Origin: Eledone cirrhosa
Taxonomy: Eukaryota
Reading direction: 5' to 3'
DNA length: 64,000 bases
Assembly: GCA_964016885.1 (NCBI GenBank)
Contig: OZ024741.1
Location: 84,816,001-84,880,000, forward strand
Program-made: the position numbers and the translations under genes
Shown here: in pieces, positions 14,619 through 31,896 of the stretch
Numbering within the stretch: the stretch's first letter is position 1
Layout of the letters: each line of letters starts with the position of its first letter
The notes under the pieces: generated by a model
The model's input: the letters and a program-made list of their open reading frames with translations, nothing else
Told to the model about the DNA's origin: nothing
Database searches by the model: none

Positions 14619-16603
14619 TGTTTATACGTGTAGGACTTTGTCTCTATACCTCTGTGTGTGTAGAAGGGGGCTCTATTACACATCAGAATGTTCTGGGTAG
14701 AGCAAACACACAGAATATGAGGAATATATATAAATATGGTGAGAGGGAGCGAGAAGAATGGAGTGAGACAGACGGAGACTGACAAACACAGAAACACAAA
14801 CTAATGCAGAATGATGGAGTGTCAGATCAAAAGATTTGAGAAATCCACAATTAAAAAAGAACTTAACGTTAAAGTACATAATGTTGAAATTAGAGTAGAA
14901 ATAGGAAATTATTAATTATATATATATAAACATGCACACCTCACACACGTAACTGCGTACATACATATTTACATACAACCAATATAGATATATACATACC
15001 CACGTACATATATAAATATGTGTGTGCGCATACTTGTGTGTGAATGTGTGTAGTTGTAGCAATGACTGTTAAGTGATTTAACTTTAACCTAAATTCAACC
15101 AGAATAATGTCAAAGCCAACCACGAACCAAAACAAACGTAAACTCGACCCCCGTTGCGAGGTCCAAGTGTTAAATCATGTACGTCTTTCTATGCCCATAC
15201 TTCAAGGTAAACCAACCACTGACTCACACCAATTATTGGTATGGGAGTGGCGGATGTCATCAGACTTCAGCCGTCTTATTATATAATTTGTGTATAATAT
15301 TAATATGTAGCGTGTTGACCGCATTACGTATTTGGTATGGAACTCATGAATAACGAGTACTATACATAGGAACTGCCACTTACCCAATTCCTTTGCAAAC
15401 TTGACCCGGTACACAGCCACGCCCTGATTTAAACCCTACGATCAACAACCAGGACCCAAACCGACATTCAATTATTTCGAAAACTTTATCCATTAAGCAA
15501 ACCAACAAATCCGTGAAGGAAAGAAGCGAAGCCAACTTTCCAACTAATAAATTCCCAATAGAATATTATTAGAAACTCTACGAAGCAAATGATGCGTATA
15601 AATGAATAGAGGAAAGAGTAAAACATATAGAAGCAAATAAATTGTGACGATAGACAAAGCCTTTACTTAATATGCATGTTATCCACAGACTAGCACAGAA
15701 ACAACGAAACTATTGAACAGAAACCGTAATTGGAAGGATAATAGACTGAAGTAAGTGAACATGCAACTGTCACCCTACTGGAATCTTAATATTACATAAC
15801 CAACAAACAAAAGCCTAGAACAATTACTTAATATGAACTTACATGTAAGAACGCCCGTGTAATTCAACGCTGCCTATTAAAATGTGTTGAGAATACCAAA
15901 TTGTCCTCCTTGGAATTGACCTCTGACAGGGCCGCACATCTTGCCGGCTCTCGTCCATGACATTGTTGTATCTGTCTGTTAGTCTGCCATCAGTCAAATC
16001 TTGAGCCAATTATCTTGTTAAGGTATGTTAGCAGGTTCCGCCGTTAGCCATACATGACATCAGCCATATATGTCATACGTCAAATTCACCCAAACCTAAA
16101 CCACTTCTTGTAGATTCAGGCAAATTAATGACGAAAGACGCAGAGTAATCAACTATCAAAGTTAAGTTTTCAAAGAAATAGAATTAACAGCTTTATGGAA
16201 TCCCAAAAGCTATCAAACTACAATCCGTCTTTCCCAATGCTTAGTCATTTGCCACATAATTACCTAAATAGCCTCGAACCTTCTTAAAATCTCCCCTTTC
16301 ATACTAATACGACAAAAGCACCGTAACAATAACTTCCTATCGCATTTTTGTCTAACAATGTGCCTTAATAGTCTGTTTACTTCCTCTGTAAATTACATTT
16401 ACCGTCTCACTTATTCTATCGTACCTTAACACTTGATAAGAAAACATGTAACACCCCGTTAACATGGGTATTCCCCTGGAGGCGAACTGCATATATATTT
16501 ACATATACCTACATACATATAATGTACATATGATCGCTATGTTCTAGAGATAAATATTAGAGGTTTAAAAAGGATTGCCAATTCTATTTTATATTAATAT
16601 ATA

Positions 16604-16780
16604 GAGCAGTGGTTTGGCAGTATCGGTAGAGCGTCAGACACCATGTTTTGCAGCATAGTTATGGCCCTTTGAGTTCAAATCCGCCGAGGTTAACTTTGCC
16701 TTTCATCCTTACGAGGTCGATAAAATAAAGTACCAGTGGTGTACTGGGGTATTCGCTGGCCTTGTGCCAAAAGTAGAAAC
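16604..16780 (+). mobile_element. tRNA-derived SINE with a ~21-bp TSD
   Basis: Same family; TSD tctattttatattaatatata. Confidence 0.85.
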
Positions 16781-18368
16781 TCTATTTTATATTAATATAT
16801 AAGTTTACCTTACTGAAATTGTTTCTTTCATTCACTGTAAATGTATTACGTGTGGCCGATTAGATAAGATCAGGTCGCATTCGTTTGGTTCTGGGCAAGT
16901 GTGAATTATTATAACCTCGGGTCGATCCATTACTTGAAGGGAAATTGGGTAGACTTAAACAGTTTGGAAGCCCGTCTGATGGGCTGAACCAGTAATTCAA
17001 AGAGCCAGCCTTTGAATTAAAAGTGTCACGTTGAATCTCTCTGCGAATTACCTTATGGATACACGTGCCTGTGAGATACTCGGCCACATGCACGTTTATT
17101 GCATAATCAGGCTGTTCTGTTTTACAAACAGCTGAAATATATATCATCGAAATTGATGGAGATCCATTTATTTTCATGTTCATTATAACATATATGTGTG
17201 TAGACTGATTATGTTTCTCACATAAATGTTTTTATTGTACTATAAAATGTTATTCTGATAATAATGAGCCTCATGGCGATTATTATTTTAGTTACCTTTG
17301 GTAACGGAAATATATATTTTACCAATCAGTTTCGTCAAATTTATGTCTGTATGTTGTGAAGGAGCGTGGCTTAATTGTTAAATTGTTAGTCATGATCATA
17401 AGGTCATGACTTTGAATCTCGGACCGAAAGTTGTGTTGTGTCCACTCAGCTGAAAAAAAAGGAGTTGCAGTCTTACTGGTGCCAAGCAGTGTCGTGGTTT
17501 GCCATTCCCTTGGACAACCCCAGTGGTAGGGTAGGGTGTGACTGGCATACATGCGCCTCTGCTGGTCTATCACAAAACTCCTTGCCTCATCTTGTGACTC
17601 GGAGAGCAACTTTCCAGATGCCATATATTTATGTGTGTGTGTTGTGGGTGTGCGTGAGTGTGTGTGTGCATGTATGGATGTGTTTGCGTGAGTATCCGGA
17701 AGACATCTTAGATGTAGTTGAAAAGTATTGTTAATCTGGTGACCTGTTCAGCAGTGGTGTTGGCTGCAACAAAATAGGAGTAACCAGATAAAAAATTACG
17801 CGGAAACATTTCAAAGATCTATTGCCTCTAGTGTTAACATAGATTTGTTTAATTTACTCACTCAGAAGGAAGAGCGGTACGAAGTGTAATGCTACATTGT
17901 AGAGACATGTGGGCTGTGAATATAGACAATCTGAGAAGATTAAAAGGAAATTAAGAGAGAATGCTCCGCTGAATGTGTGATGTGTGTATATATGAACGAC
18001 AAAACACAAATAAATTAAGATAAAATAAAATGAATATAAAATGTATAAAATGCAACGTGAAGGTAAAGAAGCTACATTGGTAGAGATATATGTAACATAT
18101 AGATGTGAGTTGCATGATAAATTGCTGAACACTGAAAGTGGATGGGATTTCTGGAACAGAATAACATGAGCGGTTTGGGAGAAGAGACGTCTCATGATAC
18201 TTAATATCAAGCAAATGACAAAAGACCACGAGAATTGGTTATACGATGTGATGGAAAATCCGTACTCAATCGTGCAGGCAGGGTGAAACAAATCTGTTTT
18301 ATATGAAATTATACATAATCTATTTATCTATATGTAATAAATGTGCATAGCATATATATACAAATATG

Positions 18369-18401
<33 letters not shown>

Positions 18402-18433
18402 ATGTGTGTACGTATATGTATGTGTGTGTATAA

Positions 18434-18472
<39 letters not shown>

Positions 18473-18906
18473 CACATATATATATATAAATATTGAAGAC
18501 CAGTTAAGTCTGAAATGCATCGACGGTCATCCCCCTTGCTTCTGCTGGACACCACCAGAGGCCGTTAGCCCCGGTGTTCTTTTGTATGACTACGGGTTCT
18601 TAAATGTTTACCCTATAAACATACCGTGTTTCTTTAGAAATACGAAATTTCTATACATATCTGTATACAGCTATGCTTGAAGCTAAATCTTATTTATATA
18701 TATATATATACAAATGGAAGTTCAGTAGAATCGAAGCTCCGGCTGCGGACAAGCTAACGAATGCAATCTGGAATGTGCAACTAAGCACTCAATAAGGTAG
18801 TTTCACCTTAGAGTAATAACATACGTTTAGACAGCTTGACGAATTGAAGACTGCGACCGGTGAACCAGCCGTAAGGACCAAAGCAGCGAGAAAACCAACT
18901 GTGTAT

Positions 18907-18953
<47 letters not shown>

Positions 18954-19021
18954 TGTGTGTGTGTGCGTGTGTGTGTGTGTGTGTATGTGTGTGTGGGTGG
19001 GGGGGTTGTGTGTGTGTGTGT

Positions 19022-19071
<50 letters not shown>

Positions 19072-19094
19072 GTATATAGATAGATAGATAGATA

Positions 19095-19454
19095 TATTTC
19101 TTTATTAGCCACAGGGGCACAAAAGAAGGGGACAAATACAAAGGGGGAAGTTTACATACAATAAAAACGTGTAAAATGTTATCACAGATGGAATTTAAAA
19201 GTTGGTCAATTTTCCCCAATAGAGGGAGACAGTTTATATGGGTAACACATACTCCCGAAAAAAAATGTGCAACCCTCATCTCCAGGAGTACGAAGAGCTT
19301 GTACTCCTTTCCTCTCCTCCTCCTTTTCCTCAACCTACAGGCTGATATAGAGAGAAGGCCCATTCACTCGGGCCATTCTCGCCACTTTCACCCACCTTTC
19401 ATAAAACTTGCTGGGGTACAGCACCTCTCTCTCCATCCTGATTCTTCTTCCAAA
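19095..19454 (-). mobile_element. 5'-truncated Tx1 copy (ORF2 C-terminus and 3' UTR only)
   Basis: Matches the 3' end of copy A (19476-19860); flanked by (GATA)n at 19078-19094 and 19456-19475. Confidence 0.85.
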
Positions 19455-19743
19455 TAGATAGATAGATAGATAGATATGTTTCTTTTATTTGCCACCAGGG
19501 CATCAAAAGTGGGACAAGTACAATGGGGGGAGTTTACAAAACAAGGCGTCCTCAATATGGAGGAGGCAATAACAAAATATAAAAATAAAATAAAATATAA
19601 CAAAAAAAATTAAAATTTATAACAAAATCCTCAATAGAGAGGAGGCGCCTTGGGGGGTCGCACACACCCCCGAAAAAAGTGTGCAACCTTTCTCCTCAGG
19701 AGCACAGAGATGGGGTGCTACCTCGTTCCTTCCTCTTTTCCAC

Positions 19744-22700
19744 CTACAGGCTTATGTAAAGAGAAGGCCCATTCACACGGGCCATTCTCGCCACTTTCAC
19801 CCACTTTTCATAAAAACGACTGGGGTGGAGCACCTCTCTCTCCATCCTGATCCTTCTTCCGAAATGATATCGGAAGAAACGGACCAGTTGTTGACCAGAG
19901 AGAAAGGTGCCTGACCTCAGTCCTTTCAGACGCGTCCACCATACAACTTCTTTCACCATGGTTATTATGCACAGAAACACGGCCTCTCCTTCATCTTTGA
20001 AGGGGGGAGGCGGCTTGATCATTACAATAGACTCGGTGGTCAACCGGATCGGTCCCACCCTTGACAGCAGTTGTTCGACATAGCCCCACAGATCGGCTAC
20101 GCTCGAGCAGTGTACCAATGCGTGTGCAACGGTTTCCTCGTCGCACACGCATCTGGGACAGATCTTTTTGGCGGGGTCCCTACCCGGGCGCCCGTGTCTG
20201 TAGAGTGTTTCTCGAACGGGTAGAGTCCCTCGGTAGCACTGCCAGGCCAGGGACTTCTGGAAGTTGTCCATAGGTCCCGGGCTGAATGTCCTTCCGAACA
20301 GGCTGGCCAGTTCGTCCTCCTCCATGTCTAGGGCTTCTCCGAAGGCGTCGTCGCACCTGCTGCGTACCAGCCCTCTATAGAATGTTGCGGTAGAGTCTCC
20401 ACTGATAACCGGATCCGCCTGCCAGAGGGCGGTGAGCGCCTGGGCACACTCAGTGTGCCAGGCGCCCAGTTTTCTCGGTCTTTGCTTGACCCAGGATTGC
20501 AGCTCGGTGAGTGAGACGAGTCTGGGAAAGGTTCGTCTCACAAACGAGGCCCACACCGGTTGACCGGTGAGGAATACGTGGAGGTGCCGTAGCCTTAATG
20601 CCTGTTTACGCATCATTAGCCACGGCATCCCCAGCCCTCCTTTCGAAGGGTGTTGACAGCAGATGGATTACCTCACCAAGGGAGCCCGCCTCTTCCAAAG
20701 GAATTGGAAGAGCGCGCGCTCCATCTTGGCGAGGGTTTCCCTTGGGCAAGGCACTACGGTCAGGCGCTATATAGGTGTTCGCCACCTCCGCCCGACCTTT
20801 CAGGGATAGTTTGCAACTGGCCCACTTCTAGGTCAGTGCAAACACCCTGTTCGTAACCTCCGCCCAGTTTTTCTCCACCCGGAGGTCTGGTCCGAACCAG
20901 ACCCCGAGCAACTTCACCGGGCCCTCCGTCCAGCGTCCGACGACGCCATCGGAGGGCATCGGTCTGCCCCTCCACGTGCCGAGTTGCAAACCGATCGACT
21001 TGTCCCGGTTCAGCTTAGCCCCTGTGAACCTTTCGTACTCCTCCAGTAAGGTGCCGACTGCCCCGATTTCGGAGGCCGTCGACACCATTACTGTCACGTC
21101 ATCGGCGTAGGCCGACACCGCTTTCCGCAATCCCGGTTCCAAAGGGATGCCCTGCAACAACTCCAACTTCCGCAGTAGTGGCTCGAGAGTCAACACACAC
21201 AGAAGGGAGGAGAGAGGGCACGCTTGTCGGATGGACCGCGCGATTTTGAACGGCTCCGAGAGGTAGCCGTTCACCTTGACCCTAGAGCAGATGCGGCTGC
21301 TGTGCATAGCAGTGATTCAGCCCCTGAAAACGGGTCCGAAGCCTGCCGCCGCTAGCACCGCATCCAGGTAACCATGGTCGACCCTATCGAACGCCTTAGA
21401 TTGATCCAAGTTGATCACAGCCCCACCAAAGCCGGGTTCGTTCCCAACCCTCTCTATGATGTATCGCATGAGGTGGAGGTTGTCATGGATGGACCTGGAC
21501 GGGATAGCACATGTCTGCGCATCTCCCACCAGGTTTCCCACGACAAGCGCCAACCTCTTTGCTAGCACCTTGGCTAAAATCTGTAACTCTGTATTTAGCA
21601 GAGTTATGGGCCTGAAGTTACTTATTTCGTGCCCCTTGTTCTCGTCCTTCCTCACTAGCGTGACTACGCCCTTGGTCACAGTACAGAGAATTCTCCCGTT
21701 CTGTTGCCAGTTGCAGTAGACCGCCTCGAGGAGATTGGGGAACAAGTCCGGAGTAGCTAGTTATAATTCGTATGGAAGACCATCGAGACGCGGAGATTTG
21801 CGTTTGCCGCATTGGCTCAGCACGTCCTCTATCTCAGCTGCCGAAATCGGCTCCTCGCAGGACTTCTCCTCCCTGTCCGAGAGACGCGGCAGGCCGTCGA
21901 GGTATGGACCGAAGTCTACATCCCCAACCCGCTCCCCGCCCCTTCCGAACAGTCGGGCAAAGTGCCTTTGAAAGGCCTCACACATCTGCTTAGGCTCAAG
22001 AATCGCCCGTCCATCCTGGTCTCGCAAAGACCGGATGGTGGATTTAGTTCCACTGTTTAGTTCCACTGTTTAGTGCCTCTGTCACGCGGGCCCAGCTAAC
22101 AGCTTTGGTCCCCTCGTTCCCTATAGCACGTATTTTACTTCGGACAACGCAGCCTTCGTGCTTCGCGTCGAAAAACTGGCTCAAAGCCGTTCTCGACGCT
22201 AGCACTCTGGCCACGTCGCCGCTTCTAATTGCCTCTTTTACTCTATCTATTAGCTCCCTTTCCTTCCTAGTCCTATCCGCAGCTAGAACCTTACTAAATT
22301 CTATCGAGACTACTCTAATCTCTCTCTTTAGAGATACCCACCACCTGCTGTTGACGATCGCTCCAGTGAACCGTTCCTTAACTAACGTACTAATCCGATC
22401 CCTGTAAGCTCTACTTGCCGGCAAGGACAAGTTGAGCTTCCAGTAACCGGGGCCCTGTCTATGCGTTCTATCAAGGTTGACCATGCAGGTCACCAGCTTG
22501 TGGTCTGAATAGCCAACCATGAGCATTTCTGGACAACTTAAAAAGTCCCTGTCCTTATTTCTAACTAAAAACCTATCTAGGTACGACCTAGATGATCCGC
22601 TGCGATTTGACCAAGACCAGGTTGGCACCGTCGGAAAATCTAGTCGAAATCTATCGGCCAGGTTAAATCGGCCGAGTAACCCCTTGAGGCTGTTGCACCC

Positions 22701-23153
22701 CTCTCTATCGGGACATTCCCCTGCATAGTCCCACCGTGCATCCAGGATACCATTCCAGTCCCCCTAGAAAAGACTCCAGACGCTGGAAAAAGTCGGGCCG
22801 CTCTGTCCCAAAAGGGGCATATGCGGCTACCAGCCTAAAGGCTCCACCTTCACCACTGCCAAGGTCCAGCACCACCAGTCGACCCCCTGGGTCCAAGTGA
22901 ACTATCTGTGTGGCAAGACCCAGATGTTTTTGCAGCAGAACGACAACCCCACCCCCACCTCCGGGCTGACAGAGAGATGCGTGCATCTCAAAGTCGTCAA
23001 AGGTGGGGGCTAGCTGTCGGATGCTGCTGATCCGGGCCTCGCAGATAACCATCACATTTATAGATCGTGACCTGAGGTCATTTAGAAGCATTGCTTGCTT
23101 CCAAGATAAGCCAGGCCACGCGCATTTAGACACCCTACTCTTAGCACAGCCAT
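19744..23153 (-). pseudogene. Tx1-type ORF2 (APE endonuclease, reverse transcriptase, zinc finger), broken by frameshifts and stops
   Basis: Starts MAVLRVGCLNARG at 23153. Fragments contain SYLDRFLV and SDHKLV (APE), GPGYWKLN, NFRPITLLN, DQSKAFDRVDH and AYADDVTV (RT), and CPRC..ETVAHALVHC. A 13-bp tandem duplication near 22043-22073 causes one frameshift. Confidence 0.9.
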
Positions 23154-23208
23154 GTTGGTGGTAAGGAGAAAAGGCACTTACCTCTCTGCGTCCCGGGAAA
23201 CGGGCCGC

Positions 23209-24933
23209 TCAATTTCCATGCTGGTTGGGGATGGGTTGTTGGGTGGGGTGGTGATTTGTGTGGGGTTGGGGTGTGTGTGGTTGAGTGGGTGTCTGGGTGG
23301 GGTGGGGGGTGAAATTTATTTTCAGTGTTTTATAAAAGTTCATTGGGACTTTAATCATTTTTAAATGAGGTAGTCCCACAGCAGTTATAAAGTTAGGCCC
23401 TTCAGTTTGGACTGAAGGGTTTGCTGAAATTGTTTTCAGTAGTTCTTTGTTGTCTGTGTTCATGTATGTATATTGTAAAGTCTTTTTTTGTGTAGCAGTT
23501 AGTGTTGTGTGACGGGGAGGGGTGGTTTGTATATAGTTTGTGTTCTCTTGGGGAGGGTTAAAGTTAACAAGTGTATCTGTGGTGCGCCTCCTCTTCTTTC
23601 TTTTTACTGTTTGGAAGGGATCTTTTTCGTCTTGCGACGAAAGGGGTTCGTCTTCCTTGTTGGGTGGGAGGGGTATGTTTTCTGGTAGTGTTTGCGGTGT
23701 GTGTGTTTTTGTATTTGTTTTGGGTGGGGAGGGGTTGGGTGGGACAGTATTCTGTGTTGTTTTTTCACGTGTTTGTTGTTGTTGTTGTTGTGGTGGTGGT
23801 GGTGGTGGTGGTGTTGTTGGTTTTTGGTGTTGTTGTTGTTTTTGTTGTTGTTGTTGGGGTGGTGTTGGTGTTGGTAGCAGTGTTTTTTTCTGTGTGAGCT
23901 GGGGACAGGCAGCCCTCAGGTGACCTCTATTGCCACAGAGGTAACAGGAGGGACGCCTACCCTCCACAATAATGTTGAGGTGGGTACGGTAATCCAGCAT
24001 GACGCGCTCAGGGATTTGGGCGATACGTTCTGGCCTTATTTGTGTCAGAACTTCGATACTCGTTCCACTGAACGCGTCGCCGGATACCTTCCCTATTGAA
24101 ATGAGGTTGTTCTCGTCTAAATTGAGGAAACCGGTTAGTAACCACCAGTAGTTTATGTTTGGGGTGATGGTGGTTATCCATATTCTCTGGGTTTTTTTAC
24201 CCATGTAGGTGGGGAAGAAGGTGTAGTGTGTGGAACGAATTGGCGACACAGAGTATTTTTTCGCCGCCAATTCGTCTTTCATCAATATGGATAAACTCCG
24301 ATAGAGTTTATCCTTTTGTATGAAAGTGATGTCTTTCATCGCTTCTTTCAGTACTAACTGAATTTCAGCTTGAGATGGTTGTGCTGGTTTTTTTGTTTTA
24401 TTTAAAATTGTACGGAATACGACAGTTCGTAATTCCGTCTGTTTTTTTAGTTCTGGAGGTGAATTTATAGAAAACGAACCGTTTTCGCCAAAAGATACAT
24501 ATTTTTTGGCTTTTTCCAGCATTTCTTTGGCTTTTGAAATATCTTCAAGCACACAAGTGACTGATAATTTAGCCGTTTGTGCAAAAGATATTTTGTTTTC
24601 GTTGTTGGTGTTTGTATTGTTTTGTTTCTCGTCGTTTGAGTTGTTTTCATCTTTGTTGTTGTTGTCTTTCTCGTTTGGTGTGTGGATACTTGTGACGTTT
24701 GTGTTGTTGTTGTTTTCGTTGTCTTTATTGTTGCTGTTGTTGTCGTTGTTGTTGTTGTTTTCAGTTTCTTGTATAGTTGTGGCTACATCAAGTTGTCGGT
24801 CAACAGGTGAAGAACATTCTTCCTCTGGCTGACCTCTGCCTTTGGCATCTGCTGCTGTGACAGTGGCAGGGGGAAGCTGTGAGTATGACTTCCCTTTTCT
24901 TCCTTTGACTGTTGGTGAAGATGCTTCAGCCAT
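23209..24933 (-). CDS. Tx1-type ORF1 protein (574 aa, gag-like nucleic-acid-binding protein)
   Basis: Open ORF with CCHC zinc knuckle CYLCGNRGHLRAAC, basic NLS-like KRKKRRR, and Asn-rich and Pro/Gln-rich low-complexity tracts; lies directly upstream of ORF2. Confidence 0.85.
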   Translation of the reverse strand: MAEASSPTVKGRKGKSYSQLPPATVTAADAKGRGQPEEECSSPVDRQLDVATTIQETENNNNNDNNSNNKDNENNNNTNVTSIHTPNEKDNNNKDENNSNDEKQNNTNTNNENKISFAQTAKLSVTCVLEDISKAKEMLEKAKKYVSFGENGSFSINSPPELKKQTELRTVVFRTILNKTKKPAQPSQAEIQLVLKEAMKDITFIQKDKLYRSLSILMKDELAAKKYSVSPIRSTHYTFFPTYMGKKTQRIWITTITPNINYWWLLTGFLNLDENNLISIGKVSGDAFSGTSIEVLTQIRPERIAQIPERVMLDYRTHLNIIVEGRRPSCYLCGNRGHLRAACPQLTQKKTLLPTPTPPQQQQQKQQQHQKPTTPPPPPPPQQQQQQTREKTTQNTVPPNPSPPKTNTKTHTPQTLPENIPLPPNKEDEPLSSQDEKDPFQTVKRKKRRRTTDTLVNFNPPQENTNYIQTTPPRHTTLTATQKKTLQYTYMNTDNKELLKTISANPSVQTEGPNFITAVGLPHLKMIKVPMNFYKTLKINFTPHPTQTPTQPHTPQPHTNHHPTQQPIPNQHGN

Positions 24934-25155
24934 TTTTATAAAATAGGATTTTTCACAATTTTTCGAAAGATAAAATGTTTACAACACTATTTCGCCTAAA
25001 GGCGTAGCATATTTTGAGAGACTGACCAGATCAAAATTCGACCTGGCAGTCCCTCTACAAAATGGTACGAAAATGAAAGTTTACAGTTCACAATTTCCAG
25101 ATAAATTTAAACGAAACTTACCGAGCGAGCTCAGCACATTTGTCCATCGTAAGAG

Positions 25156-25235
<80 letters not shown>

Positions 25236-25412
25236 TCTACGGTAGTGGGACTGGAAAGACCTCAAATCAAAGAAGTACTCGATACATGGTAAGATGCATA
25301 GTGGGTATATTAGTGGAAGTAGAGGATCTACTGCGAGCTTGGCACTTTCGGCTGGTTACATCTTTGATAACTAGCCGAAACTGCCAAGCTCGCGGTAGAT
25401 CCTCTACTTCCA

Positions 25413-29780
<4,368 letters not shown>

Positions 29781-30430
29781 CAAGTTAGGGGAAACCCCAG
29801 CTTACATAGGTAGATGTATCTCTTTTCTTTTCCTCTTTGTATTCTTCTTCCTCCTGTCTCATCCTACCACTTCCTTCCACCCCTTATTTTCTTCCTCGTC
29901 TGCTTTTCCCCTTTCGCCCACCCCGATGCAGCCCATCGAGCCTCTGTAGCATCAGTTCCGCCACCCCTGTAATTTTAAGATAGAATTGGCCGATTACGTT
30001 TTACTAATGTGTAGCAGATGTGTTCGACCCCTTTAATTTTGTATCAGTTTTGTTACTACTCAATTTCTACAAGTTTTTTCTATTCTCAACTTATTAACCT
30101 GTAATTGTAAGTTAGCATTATGATTTTTTTTATTCATTTCTCACTATCTAATTTTATTTATTTATTTATTTTTCTATTATCTTTTATTGTCTCCTTCTCT
30201 CATTCGATTTACCTATTCTATAACCTCCCTCCTCCATTTCATACACTATCCTTAGAATCTGCTCTATACATATCACTTTCAACGCTTGACCGCTCCACTC
30301 ACTCCCCTATTGTTCTACAGGAAAGTTCAGCCACCCCTACTTCCCACCAAATGCCATGATAGACTTATTTGTGTTTACAACAAATTTTAACCAATCCTCT
30401 TGACAACTACAATCTTCCCATATAAGGAAG

Positions 30431-30530
30431 TACCCATTTGACAAGTTCGGCTATTTATTCACCAGGCTAAAAATTCTAATTTAGTCCAGAAATAGCCGTC
30501 GAAACGGCTTGAGCTCTGCCGTCGGGGTCA
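30431..30530 (+). ncRNA. Degenerate hammerhead motif
   Basis: Stem II cggctattt/aaatagccg, then GAAAC-ggc..gcc-GTC-ggggtca. The 5' core reads TTGACAA and stem I is imperfect. Confidence 0.5.
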
Positions 30531-30828
30531 TACTTTTTCCTATTGCCCACTCTACTACCCTAAGTATTGAGTACTCTGGTGCGTTATGGTCCATCTGGTT
30601 CTTTACCACAATTCCTTTGTTATATATATATATATTAATTGACCTGCGTGCATATTATTTTATCCTTTTATGTTTTGCGATGACTTCTCCTTCCCGCTTG
30701 GTGACGGTGTGAGATTTCTCTTTGTGAGACTGCTGGAATTCCAAATTTGGCGGTCACTCTAACACTGACGGGTACCATCGCTGAATGTTAATATTGGTAG
30801 GGTTTTTTTATATCGATATTGTTGGGCA

Positions 30829-30929
30829 TCTACTGATGATTTATAAGTGCCCTGTAGACTAGGCTTCTACATGACCTGGACATAATTTTCCCAACTTGTA
30901 GAAAACTTATAATCAAACGATCGTTTGGA
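30829..30929 (+). ncRNA. Hammerhead motif with G12 mutated
   Basis: tcta-CTGATGA-t ttataagt..acttataa t-CAAAC-gatc-GTT-tgga. Confidence 0.55.
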
Positions 30930-31525
30930 AAGAGGGATGTATTTAATTATGTCTCATATAAAATAATACAACTGGCTATCTTCAAAATACGTATAGTTAG
31001 CACCCCAAATGTATAATTGGGATTATACTAAGGTATATCCTAATGTTTGTTAAGTGAGACGAAGTCGGTCGGAGTATTGCTTAAAGCCTTCTCTGTTAAT
31101 GTATTAAATATTATACTCTTGATTTGGCCAGAGATGAAAATTTCCAGATAGTTTTAGGTATGGCTTTCTGTATTTATTGTTTGTATGAAATATTGATTGT
31201 TTTTCCGGTATCTTGTCTCTGTTTTTAGCCTCAGAAAATGCCTATATTCATATATAAATAATACATGCATATATTTATTTATTTTATATCCAATTGAGTT
31301 CTTCATGCATGGTTAAAATTCTTGACAGAATTAATTGACCTGCGTGCATATTATTTTATCCTTTTATGTTTTGCGATGACCTCCCCTTCCCGCTTGGTGA
31401 CGGTGTGAGATTTCTCTTTGTGAGACTGCTGGAATTTCAAATTTGGCGGTCACTCTAACACTGATGGGTACCATCGCTGAATGTTAATATCGGTAGGGAT
31501 ATTTTTATATCGATATTGTTGGGCA

Positions 31526-31647
31526 TCTACTGATTATTTATAAGTCCCCACCTGCATATATTCCTATAGACTATGTGTAGGCTTCTACATAACCTGGACA
31601 TTATTTTCCCAACTTGTAGAAAACTTATAATGAAACGATCGTTTGGA
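31526..31647 (+). ncRNA. Hammerhead motif with G8 mutated
   Basis: tcta-CTGATTA-t ttataagt..acttataa t-GAAAC-gatc-GTT-tgga. Confidence 0.55.
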
Positions 31648-31818
31648 AAGAGGGATGTATTCAATTATGTCTCATAAAATAATACAACTGGGTATCCTCA
31701 AAATACGTATAGTTAGCACCCCAAAAGTATAATTGGGATTATATTAAGGTATATCCTAATGTTTGTTGAGTGAGACGGAAGTCGGTCGGAGTATTGCTTA
31801 AAGCTTTCTCTGTTAATG

Positions 31819-31896
<78 letters not shown>

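Larger units (their letters stand above)
19476..25155 (-). mobile_element. Near full-length Tx1-type (L1 clade) non-LTR retrotransposon, copy A, inserted in a (GATA)n array
   Basis: ORF1 with CCHC knuckle followed by ORF2 fragments (APE endonuclease, RT, C-terminal zinc finger). 3' UTR ends at an AATAAA a few nt before (TATC)n. (GATA)n on both sides (19456-19475; 25156-25234). Confidence 0.9.
30635..31823 (+). repeat. Partial tandem direct repeat (period ~696 bp), pseudo-LTR/retrozyme-like
   Basis: 30635-31106 is repeated at 31331-31823; each copy holds a hammerhead motif; bounded by (TA)n. Confidence 0.85.

Noticed and set aside
15170-15270. Minus-strand CTGATGA...GAAA candidate
   Set aside because: Stem III/UH and stem I do not pair properly; at best a heavily decayed motif.
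23540-24832. Plus-strand ORFs overlapping Tx1 ORF1 (likewise 52957-54494 and those opposite ORF2)
   Set aside because: Antisense shadows of low-complexity coding sequence.
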